Part shown: in pieces, positions 8,318 to 16,265 of the stretch | Position numbering within the stretch: position 1 is the stretch's first letter | How the letters are laid out: each line of letters starts with the position of its first letter | NCBI GenBank assembly: GCA_011364905.1 | Contig: RDNZ01000043.1 | Location: 1 to 23,458, forward strand | Direction of reading: 5' to 3' | DNA: 23,458 bases | From: Candidatus Thorarchaeota archaeon | GTDB lineage: Archaea > Asgardarchaeota > Thorarchaeia > Thorarchaeales > Thorarchaeaceae | Position numbers and translations under genes: made by a program | The notes under the pieces: model-generated | What the model was told of the DNA's origin: nothing | What the model saw: only the letters and a program-made list of their open reading frames with translations | The model's database searches: none

Positions 8318-9298
8318 TCACTTTGCCAATTCCGCTTTAACCGTGTTGTTACCACCAGCAATCCGGAGCTCACATGTATCTCCCTCTTTGAGTACTCCTT
8401 TGAACTCACCATATTGTTTTGGGATGAGTATTAGCTGTGGTCTACCCCTTTTTGTAAAATGCTGGGTGTAAATGAAACATGACATGCCATGAATCTCGTG
8501 TCCATCTAGAAATGTCTTGATAGATGGCCCTCTCCGGAATAGACTGGCTCCTGGTTTTGAATGGGCCACTCTACCCAGAGGATGCTGCATCAAATGGATT
8601 GATGATCCAATCTCCAGACTAGATGCACCTATTACTCCCCCAATCTTGTAGTGTGAGAAACCTCCATCGAGAATTCCTTCTATCTTCGTTCCTTCGCTCA
8701 CGGCTGGATGGCCGATCAACTCTCCAATCCTTGCGTGCCCTAGATCGTTTGCATAGCCAATGATGTTATCCTCCGTTACTGATCTTACTTCGAATTCAAG
8801 TAAATCATGAAAAACACTCGCGACTTTAGTTTCGAAGTGATATTCTAGTTCAAGAGGGATAGACCTACTGGAGCGCAGAAAAGCGTCTTGAGGTACGACC
8901 TCAACATGAAGGTGTGGTCCTGTCCAGTAGTTGAAGAAGCGCGAACGTATTGCAGTCCCTAGTTCATCTCCAGCGCTAATGCTCTCTCCATTTTTCACAG
9001 CAGGTTCGCAATGCATTACTCTAACAAGGTTTGTTTCTGAAGTCTCGGGCTGAATACCGATTCCGTAATCTACATCGCTTGTCGGAAATTGTTTTGGTTG
9101 TCCCATCTTCATTTTTCTGGTTCGCACAATCCTTCCAGATATAGGTGCGACAACTGCTCCTCCCCACTCTGTTTGTTGTGGATAGATATCTACTGCAGAA
9201 CCAATATCGTGTCCAATGTATGGACTGTTGAAATAGGAGAAATAGGCATCTTCAGGTGCGTACAATGTGATTCCTTTGGCAGTCCCAACGATGCGCAT
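8318..9298 (-). CDS. M23/LAS-type zinc metallopeptidase-like protein, no signal peptide
   Basis: H-x6-D (GHDIGSAVD), VVAPISGRI, VMH, V..GE.I.AGD.LG and TGPHLHVEV (HxH); about 170-aa unrecognised beta-rich C-terminal region; GAGGT SD 7 nt before ATG. Confidence 0.75.
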   Translation of the reverse strand: MRIVGTAKGITLYAPEDAYFSYFNSPYIGHDIGSAVDIYPQQTEWGGAVVAPISGRIVRTRKMKMGQPKQFPTSDVDYGIGIQPETSETNLVRVMHCEPAVKNGESISAGDELGTAIRSRFFNYWTGPHLHVEVVPQDAFLRSSRSIPLELEYHFETKVASVFHDLLEFEVRSVTEDNIIGYANDLGHARIGELIGHPAVSEGTKIEGILDGGFSHYKIGGVIGASSLEIGSSIHLMQHPLGRVAHSKPGASLFRRGPSIKTFLDGHEIHGMSCFIYTQHFTKRGRPQLILIPKQYGEFKGVLKEGDTCELRIAGGNNTVKAELAK

Positions 9299-9360
9299 CA
9301 GATAGACCTCGTAGTATTATGGGAGGCATACTCCATCGCAGGAGCGGGCCGTAATGCCAC

Positions 9361-10731
9361 TTATGCCTGTTTGGCTGCAGTATAGATTGGAACTAATCTC
9401 TGTTTCCATGCCTCGAGGCCTTGCGGAGTAGAGGGATATTCACTATAGACTCTGCGTATATCATTCATCAGTCCTGCGACTTTTGACACACGCAGCAGGA
9501 GTGGAATCTTGCCGAAACCTGCAACGAGCCGCTTGAACTTCTCACCCGCACCAAACTTCACCTCGCCAGTCATCGAGGTGTCAAGAAGATCACTGGCTTT
9601 GATCACGTGCTTCTTGAAAGCAAAGTCAATGTCCTCGTTTGTCACATTAAGTAGGAACCATCTGAAGACATCAAGAGCTGCCTGTTTCCTTCCATAGCTT
9701 TTGTGGTACCTGGGATTGTAGTCCCACAGTGCTTTGATTGATGTGTCGTTGTTGTCTAATGCTTCAGCTGCCACGATTCCAGCATGTGCACCGCCAAGCA
9801 TTGACGAGCCTATCCCGCCTCCATGAATTGGATTGACCTGACAGGCTGCATCACCCACCAACATGAAGTTGTCATCGACCATGGTATCAATTGGTCTTCG
9901 TATCGGTGCTTGGCCTCCACTGCTATCAAGCACCTTGAGTTTTCCCCATGTGTCCAACCAGGTCTTCTTTACGAAGTCATACTGAATGTCCTTCGGATTG
10001 CGATGTCTTTCAATGGTCATGACACCATTCCCAACATTGACGCGGTTCTTACCCTGCGGGAACACCCAAACATAGCCTCCCAGGGTCTGTTCCTGATTCC
10101 AGAAGATCTCTAGGATGTCAGGGGTCTCGAAGTCAAATTCAGGGGTCTCATAGATGTCGCGCCAGGCTACCATCTTGTCCTCACTTGCTATTTGACGTTC
10201 TACAGGTGATGACTCAGGGAGTTGCATCCGAAGCATACCTGTGGCACCAGTAGCATCCACGACAATACGCCCTGTGACTTCCTTTTCCTGTCCTCCTTCC
10301 TTGGAAATCCTGATTCCCGACACCTTGCCATCATCAAACAACAGTTTCTTCACACGGGTTGAGGCCATTAACTCGGCACCAGCGCTCTCAGCTAGCCCAA
10401 CGAACCATTGACCCATCTTGAGCCTGTTGAAGGACATCCCCGTAGTGGTAGGTCCCTGCATCCTCAATCGGTGCTCTCGATCCGGAGAGATGAGATCAAT
10501 CCCATTCACGTCGTATTCAACAATACCTGCCGGGAGTTCAGGAATGCCAACTAGCTCCCGAAGTTCTTCGATGTGGTGAGAGCCTAAAGCATCCCCGCAT
10601 GTCTTGTTCCCAATATTGTCGCGTTCCTTTCTATCTATGAGAAGTACTGAATGACCTCTTTTGGCAAGTGTGTAAGCAGTGGTTGCTCCTCCGGTTCCAG
10701 CACCTGCAATAATAACATCATAGTCTACCAT
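9361..10731 (-). CDS. Digeranylgeranylglycerophospholipid (geranylgeranyl) reductase, FAD-dependent
   Basis: GAGTGG FAD motif, IGNKTCGDA, GGYVWVFP (YxWxFP), VGDAACQVNPIHGGG (PxxxGG) and C-terminal YGRKQAALDVFR; colinear with Sulfolobus-type GGR as I recall it. Confidence 0.9.
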   Translation of the reverse strand: MVDYDVIIAGAGTGGATTAYTLAKRGHSVLLIDRKERDNIGNKTCGDALGSHHIEELRELVGIPELPAGIVEYDVNGIDLISPDREHRLRMQGPTTTGMSFNRLKMGQWFVGLAESAGAELMASTRVKKLLFDDGKVSGIRISKEGGQEKEVTGRIVVDATGATGMLRMQLPESSPVERQIASEDKMVAWRDIYETPEFDFETPDILEIFWNQEQTLGGYVWVFPQGKNRVNVGNGVMTIERHRNPKDIQYDFVKKTWLDTWGKLKVLDSSGGQAPIRRPIDTMVDDNFMLVGDAACQVNPIHGGGIGSSMLGGAHAGIVAAEALDNNDTSIKALWDYNPRYHKSYGRKQAALDVFRWFLLNVTNEDIDFAFKKHVIKASDLLDTSMTGEVKFGAGEKFKRLVAGFGKIPLLLRVSKVAGLMNDIRRVYSEYPSTPQGLEAWKQRLVPIYTAAKQA

Positions 10732-10734
10732 GAT

Positions 10735-11469
10735 TCATACCTTCCTTGACATTTGCCACGTCTGTTCGAGAAACCCTTCGAGTTGCATGGAGATCAAAGG
10801 ATTGTCCGTCCACCCACACACACTCAGGTCCGGCATCGAAATCAAACCTTCCTCTGAATCTATCACTATATCGATAGCGAGCGTATCCTCCTTAATATGC
10901 TGTTGGAAGTTGGGAATTCTTATGTCGCTTTTGATTCCGAGAATTGAACTAATCTTCACGCCCCGATTTGCGGCATCCTTTAAGGCATCAGATACCCCCA
11001 CCCCAAGATCCTCCAAAATCGGAGCAACAAGCAGAATCGTCTTCTTGGATTTCGAAATCATTGAGATGATTTTTGCCATCACATCACCCGCGCCTCTTAT
11101 TGTGTAGATCAATGCTGGGAGTGCATTGGTAGACAAGCGGGACTCCTGAAGTCTTGTCAGGTCCTCGAAGAGCTGTTTAAGCTTTGACGCCAAAGACTCC
11201 TTCAGATGCGACAGGGGGGCAAATCGATACACCTTGGGTCTTCCCTGTTGTACGACGACAAACCCTTTTCCTACTAGCGCATCGAGTATTGAATACAGGT
11301 TGGCATGGTGAATCCCTGTTTCATCTGCCAAATCAGAAACTGTGGCGCATTCTCTGGAATTCAGAGCCAGTATGACAGCGGTCTCATGTGCTCCGAACCC
11401 GAGTTCCCGCAAGGTTACTCCAGCACGAGTACTGATTTCATCAGCAGTTTTCAATCCCGATAGGTTCAT
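10735..11469 (-). CDS. TrmB family transcriptional regulator
   Basis: LRELGFGAHE...TVSDLADETGIHHANLYSILDALVGKGFV...GRPKVY wHTH plus a C-terminal effector domain (LKDAANRGVKI). Confidence 0.9.
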   Translation of the reverse strand: MNLSGLKTADEISTRAGVTLRELGFGAHETAVILALNSRECATVSDLADETGIHHANLYSILDALVGKGFVVVQQGRPKVYRFAPLSHLKESLASKLKQLFEDLTRLQESRLSTNALPALIYTIRGAGDVMAKIISMISKSKKTILLVAPILEDLGVGVSDALKDAANRGVKISSILGIKSDIRIPNFQQHIKEDTLAIDIVIDSEEGLISMPDLSVCGWTDNPLISMQLEGFLEQTWQMSRKV

Positions 11470-11507
11470 TTTCGTCAGAAATTATGTGCAATTACTACTT
11501 AAAATTG

Positions 11508-12431
11508 TTATGGCTTAGCAAAACCAGTCAAAATCTCCTTGACTATGTCTCGAGCTGCAATCGCTGTGATGCCAGTTGTATCAACCAGAGGATTGAGTTC
11601 CACAACATCCGCGTATCGAACCTTGCCTGTCTTGAACGAGAATCGGAGCAGGTCTACGAGATCAGCCATAGATAAGCCACCAGATTCTGGATGACTCACT
11701 CCTGGAGCTATTACTGGAGACAAAACGTCTAGGTCAACCGAGAGATACAGAATGTCGATCCTCTTGATCATCTCTTTGACATGCTCAAAAAACTGATCCT
11801 TTGATGATATGGGTGATGTTGTCCCTGTCAGTTCTTCTCTCTGAGAGGGCAGAGCAGAGCGAAGATCGTATGCGGCGATGTCTTCTGTCGCCACCAATCC
11901 GTCATCAATCATCCTCCTTACCCCAGTTGCATGCGATAACTGATAACCTCCCATGTCGGAGTAGAGATCCGCATGGGCATCGAGATAAATAAGACCATAA
12001 TTAGCAGGGCGTCCTCTCTTGAGACCCTTAAGTATTGGATATGAAATGAAATGGTCTCCTCCCAGAAACAATAGCCGACTATCTTTCTTTGCCAGTTTGG
12101 TGCATGCTTCAGAGATATCGATGGCTGCAGCCTCGGGCAACCTCAACACTACTTCTAGATCCCCAACATCCTCCAGTGTAATTCTCTTTGTCAAAGGCTC
12201 GTCAACCACTTCCTTTCGACCTATTGAGAGTTCGTGACTATGGGACCGTTCGCTGTCTGTCGCCTGACGAATAGCATCTGGTGCGAAACGGGGACCCGGC
12301 TTATAGCTCGAAGTCATGTCATATGGAACACCCACAACACCTACATCGGGATCTCCTGATTTCGGAGCTGGAATTCCAAAGAATGTCCTAGGCAACCTCA
12401 GATATCCATTTAGTTCGTCTTTTAGAGGCAT
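11508..12431 (-). CDS. Agmatinase/arginase-family ureohydrolase
   Basis: GVPYD, GPRFAP.AIR, GGDH, DAHAD, SHAT, DLDVLSP..APG and VELNP; metal ligands intact. ATG 12431 (track start TTG 12455). Substrate cannot be determined from sequence. Confidence 0.9.
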   Translation of the reverse strand: MPLKDELNGYLRLPRTFFGIPAPKSGDPDVGVVGVPYDMTSSYKPGPRFAPDAIRQATDSERSHSHELSIGRKEVVDEPLTKRITLEDVGDLEVVLRLPEAAAIDISEACTKLAKKDSRLLFLGGDHFISYPILKGLKRGRPANYGLIYLDAHADLYSDMGGYQLSHATGVRRMIDDGLVATEDIAAYDLRSALPSQREELTGTTSPISSKDQFFEHVKEMIKRIDILYLSVDLDVLSPVIAPGVSHPESGGLSMADLVDLLRFSFKTGKVRYADVVELNPLVDTTGITAIAARDIVKEILTGFAKP

Positions 12432-12468
12432 GTACAAACTTGACCGGAATTTCAAAATAAAGGTGGTG

Positions 12469-12521
12469 AAAAGAACAGAAGAAAAAGAGAGTGGGAATCC
12501 CTGAGAATCTACTCAGGGATT
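12469..12521 (-). terminator. Hairpin plus pyrimidine/U-rich tract after the 554-aa gene
   Basis: Perfect 10-bp stem AATCCCTGAG (12496-12505) / CTCAGGGATT (12512-12521) with 6-nt loop, followed on the minus strand by TCTCTTTTTCTTCTGTTCTTTT. Confidence 0.6.
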
Positions 12522-12532
12522 ACCTGTTGAAT

Positions 12533-14197
12533 CTATACTTGGTAGGTTCCGCCGCCGCCTCGTCTACGAGCCATGAGAGCAATGTTGACAATAGCACCGA
12601 GTGCTACGCCACCTCCAAGAATCGCAGTGTACGGATAGCCATCCCAGAACATCTGCTGGAGAAGTCCTATTGGATCTGCGGTCACTGTGTATCCATCCGT
12701 ATGGGTATGTTTCGAGAACGTTGTACTATTGTAGTCATAGGAGAGCTGAGCAGGTGCAAATGCATAGACACCCTCATACTTGAAATTCACAGTATAGGTT
12801 ATGTTCAGCATCTCACCAGGCTGCAAGGTAGCGATAGACCCAGTTTGGTCTCCGGTAACTTCTACTGAAACAGGGTAGTTGGTCTGAATCATATCATCGA
12901 CCACACTCACATTCTGCACTGGTTCAGTTCCTTGATTGTACACTGACACTGTTACTTCAGTTGATCCTCCGGGAATAGTTGTATCGGGATCAAAGGTTCG
13001 TGCGATTGTCACAAGAGGTGGAAATGTTCCAGGAGTGAAACTCAGTGTGTAGTCGGACTGATCTTCAAACGCTGTTGCGTTCCAGAACACGATTCTCGAA
13101 TTATTGTCGTAGTACGTGTAGTTTGAGGCTTCATTCTCTGGAGAGTAACCTGTCAGTTCCATATTATCAGGGAGAAAGGCTGCCACGAGCGACTGTCCTC
13201 CTGAAATACCATTCACAACGGAAGTACTAGGCTTACCAAGGAGATCCCCAAAGATATTGAGCTCATCAGAGTTGGTCGATAGGATTTGATCTCCGATGTA
13301 ACCTGCAGCTGCAATGGCCACAGGACCCTGTAAGTCCGGCATCTGCGACAACAGGAATGAAGCTGGGAGCGTAGTGTTTCCGCCGCCACCGAAGTCATTG
13401 ATGAGATCCATCAAATCGCCCATGTCTGGAATTGCCAGAAGACCGGCACCCGATGCACGAGCTTGAGTGAAAACGGTTCTATCAATTGATGAGATGAAAC
13501 CACTTGGGTCCATGACATCAAGCACACTATTGACCGCATCTTCAAATGGGTTTGTGACCTTATAGACGAATAGATTGATTCCGGAGAAAGGAAGTGTGAC
13601 ATTTTCCCCAGTCAAACTATAAATGAAGTCCTGATCAATACGGAGATTCACCAACTCAGAGAAGTCGAAGTTGAATCCTGTATGAAGGTGTGACCTTATT
13701 GCGGCCATATTCGTCTGAGCCACAGTATCATCTACATTAATGAAGACGTTGATTAGCAGACTGAAGTCAGTACCTAGCATGTCGAATATCGAGTTGGGGT
13801 CAAATCCTCCTCCACCAAATTGCTGTGCCATAAATCCGCCACTTCCGCCATCAGTGAAGTTGAAGAGGTCACCGCCAACAAGATCCAAGACATAATTAAG
13901 GAGCTCACCGTGCGTGGCTATCAGCGCCATCAAAACACATCCTTGATACATCGGATCACCGAGAAGCAAATCATCACTTGGAACGCCGAGTTGTCCATAG
14001 ACAACTGATGGTGCTCCCTGCTCATCAATCGCAGTGAAAACAACCTCAGCTCCATTGTTAATCAAGTTGAAAAAGAAGTCTTGATTGACATCTTGAGCGA
14101 GAACTGCACCGCTGCTGTTCGCAGCTACAGACACTGGGACTGAAAGCAAGAATCCAAGTGCAATTATTACAAATGCGTGCTTTTTGTTCAGTTTCAT
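12533..14197 (-). CDS. Secreted, C-terminally anchored glycoprotein with Ig-like (DUF11/BatD/TRAP-beta-like) domain
   Basis: N-terminal signal peptide (MKLNKKHAFVIIALGFLLSVPVSVAA), about 10 N-x-S/T sequons, Ig pattern V.VSVYNQG..PV.NVSVVD...LQPGE.LNITY.V, then TM followed by RRR. Confidence 0.8.
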   Translation of the reverse strand: MKLNKKHAFVIIALGFLLSVPVSVAANSSGAVLAQDVNQDFFFNLINNGAEVVFTAIDEQGAPSVVYGQLGVPSDDLLLGDPMYQGCVLMALIATHGELLNYVLDLVGGDLFNFTDGGSGGFMAQQFGGGGFDPNSIFDMLGTDFSLLINVFINVDDTVAQTNMAAIRSHLHTGFNFDFSELVNLRIDQDFIYSLTGENVTLPFSGINLFVYKVTNPFEDAVNSVLDVMDPSGFISSIDRTVFTQARASGAGLLAIPDMGDLMDLINDFGGGGNTTLPASFLLSQMPDLQGPVAIAAAGYIGDQILSTNSDELNIFGDLLGKPSTSVVNGISGGQSLVAAFLPDNMELTGYSPENEASNYTYYDNNSRIVFWNATAFEDQSDYTLSFTPGTFPPLVTIARTFDPDTTIPGGSTEVTVSVYNQGTEPVQNVSVVDDMIQTNYPVSVEVTGDQTGSIATLQPGEMLNITYTVNFKYEGVYAFAPAQLSYDYNSTTFSKHTHTDGYTVTADPIGLLQQMFWDGYPYTAILGGGVALGAIVNIALMARRRGGGGTYQV

Positions 14198-14198
14198 T

Positions 14199-14780
14199 CT
14201 AGAAGTCCTCCTTTGGTCTAACTACAGCTCCGACAATCGCCGCGACAATGACCACTATGACTGGCGTAAAGAACCAGACAAGTAATGGTGTAAGAAGCAA
14301 CATTAGTGAGGCAGGATCAAATGACATTGAGCCTATTCCTGATACCAGAGGTAGAATCTGGTCAATCATCCCTTGAATCAGTGGAATACTGAGGATATCA
14401 ACAATGGATGATCCCGGTGGCACGATAAACGAGCCGAACGTAAGTGCGGTCTGAAATATGAGAAATACACACAAGGCAAGGAGCACAAGAGAAGAGAGCC
14501 AGGTCATGAGACCAACTACAAAGGCACCCTTTTTGGTCCCAGCCATCATACCACCTACAAAGCCAGCTCCAGCCCAAACGGCAATCATTGTGAAGTTGCT
14601 CATGGGATTCACAAGCAACAGGTTGACGAAGACAACCGTTGGCCTCAGGTAATTTCCGAACTGAGGTGCAAAGATTGCAACCAATGATTTGTAGCCATCT
14701 GGTAGTAGGAACCAGCCGCCAGCGATGACAATAGCTAGAGCAAGAAGCCATCCGAAGTATTTGCTTGAAAATGATGAAAT
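14199..14780 (-). CDS. Multi-pass membrane protein (probable ATT start)
   Basis: Frame stays open upstream of the track start (14684) to 14792 and adds a TM helix (YFGWLLALAIVIAGGWFLL). GGAGGT at 14793-14788 lies 7 nt before an in-frame ATT (14780-14778). Stop is 1 nt from the next gene's ATG. Confidence 0.75.
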   Translation of the reverse strand: MSSFSSKYFGWLLALAIVIAGGWFLLPDGYKSLVAIFAPQFGNYLRPTVVFVNLLLVNPMSNFTMIAVWAGAGFVGGMMAGTKKGAFVVGLMTWLSSLVLLALCVFLIFQTALTFGSFIVPPGSSIVDILSIPLIQGMIDQILPLVSGIGSMSFDPASLMLLLTPLLVWFFTPVIVVIVAAIVGAVVRPKEDF

Positions 14781-14791
14781 AGCATATACCT

Positions 14792-14805
14792 CCTAACTAG
14801 TTAGG
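14792..14805. promoter_or_regulatory. Perfect 14-bp palindrome CCTAACTAGTTAGG, candidate operator
   Basis: Self-complementary sequence overlapping the SD of the membrane gene in a divergent intergenic region opposite a wHTH gene. Confidence 0.4.
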
Positions 14806-15014
14806 TTCTAGTAGATTTGTGCTGAATTTGTATTATTAACACTTTATCTGATGTTTCCCCTCGAAAAATCGGAAAATGCGCCAATGTGGAATCAGTAACA
14901 GAGATATAGGAGAGGACTTACTCCACAAGTGTAGGGCTTTCGAAAAAGTCATTCAAAGATTCAAAAGAATGTGTTCAAAAAGACACAACAATCGTAATAG
15001 TAGGCTGGAAGAAT

Positions 15015-15368
15015 ATGGTGACTGACACCAACGACGCGACAGTGTATGAATTGATCCAGCTAATGGCATCACTGAATGATACCAGAAGGGCAATCCTTCT
15101 TGCGCTGGCTCATATCTATCCCAGAAGCGTTAGTGGTGTCCAGTTAAGCCGATTAATCGGCTATAGTGGAAAATCAAGAAGTCTGTACAGAGGTGTGATA
15201 TCTCATCTGCAAGAGAACGAAATGATTCAGATTGACCAGCTTACTCCAAAGCTTTACGCAATCCGAATAAATAATGAGCATCCGTTGCTAAATGTTCTGG
15301 TCGATCTCTGCAAGATACATGGGAAACACTCTCGAAAAATGTACCTGAAGGCGTTGGAGGAAGAATAA
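15015..15368 (+). CDS. Winged-helix (ArsR-like) DNA-binding protein
   Basis: TRRAILLALA...VSGVQLSRLIG...LYRGVISHLQENEMIQI. Confidence 0.75.
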   Translation: MVTDTNDATVYELIQLMASLNDTRRAILLALAHIYPRSVSGVQLSRLIGYSGKSRSLYRGVISHLQENEMIQIDQLTPKLYAIRINNEHPLLNVLVDLCKIHGKHSRKMYLKALEEE

Positions 15369-15370
15369 AC

Positions 15371-15967
15371 ATGGAGAATGAACTCCTGTTGGAGGCAAAG
15401 GCCCTTTACAAGGATAGAATAAGGATTGCCTTGTCTGCCTTTATAATCGTCTTCTCGTTCACTTTCTTTGTGTACTATACAACAGGGATTGCAGGTATTG
15501 GAGAACATTACCCCGGACATGGCATAACACAAGGTCTCCAAGTAGTTGCTGCTTTCAACAACTTTGGGCTTCTTGTCGCAGTTGCACTCATGGTTTTTGC
15601 ATTCCGTTTCTGGTCGTGGGCTTTTCTGCCCGGTCCTGCTTCTCTTTTCACGATGTCGGTACTGAAAGGCATTCTTGGTCCCTACGCGCTTATTCAGCAA
15701 AGCATCGGAAAACGGTTCAAAGTGACACTTGATAATGGCCTTTCATTCAGTCTGAGATGCAGTATTGAGGAAAAGGGAACTGACGAATGGTTCACATATC
15801 GACTTATGTCAAACAAACTCCAGAATGGCAATCTGAGAGATGTCGCATTGCGTCACGGATTCTCGTTGAAAGGAAACAGATTCGTGGCAAGTGTGAGCAA
15901 TGATGAATTACATCACAGGACACTACTCCTTGCAAAGGCAATGATAGTTGCCACGGCATCTCTTTAG
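15371..15967 (+). CDS. Hypothetical membrane protein (2 N-terminal TM plus soluble domain)
   Basis: Two hydrophobic helices; starts 2 nt after the wHTH stop. Confidence 0.75.
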   Translation: MENELLLEAKALYKDRIRIALSAFIIVFSFTFFVYYTTGIAGIGEHYPGHGITQGLQVVAAFNNFGLLVAVALMVFAFRFWSWAFLPGPASLFTMSVLKGILGPYALIQQSIGKRFKVTLDNGLSFSLRCSIEEKGTDEWFTYRLMSNKLQNGNLRDVALRHGFSLKGNRFVASVSNDELHHRTLLLAKAMIVATASL

Positions 15968-16158
15968 TCGTAGTGATGTCTCAAAGCTCTAGGTTCTTTG
16001 TGTCTTTTTCTTGCATATTTGTCAATGTCTGTCATCCAACGAGTGAGCATGAAAGGGAATGGCCTGTATTTCGCAGGAATGGTATTGCCAAGTGATGAAC
16101 GTTTCTTCTTTTTTCTCACTCGGGTATGACGACCTCGGCTATAACGATGATGATGCAT
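15964..16158 (-). CDS. Small highly basic protein (64 aa)
   Basis: ATG start; 12 Arg, 8 Lys, 7 His; stop overlaps the convergent gene's stop like other convergent pairs here; no competing ORF. Confidence 0.55.
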   Translation of the reverse strand: MHHHRYSRGRHTRVRKKKKRSSLGNTIPAKYRPFPFMLTRWMTDIDKYARKRHKEPRALRHHYD

Positions 16159-16265
16159 CCTATTTCATATAATAGATGTCTTGAATTCACATCAACCTTC
16201 TGCAAGAGGAACTATATTCAGCAAAGATATTTCTGCAAAAAAAGGAGAGGTACTCCGAGCTCACT

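Noticed and set aside
8318-9298. Secreted antibacterial peptidoglycan hydrolase
   Set aside because: No signal peptide, TM or recognisable cell-wall-binding domain; embedded among housekeeping genes. Not fully excluded.
12533-12550. C-terminal YQV as a PDZ-binding or sorting motif
   Set aside because: Too short to be significant and no partner is evident.
14199-14780. TRAP-gamma homolog
   Set aside because: Only the multi-TM nature and adjacency suggest it; no sequence motif recognised.
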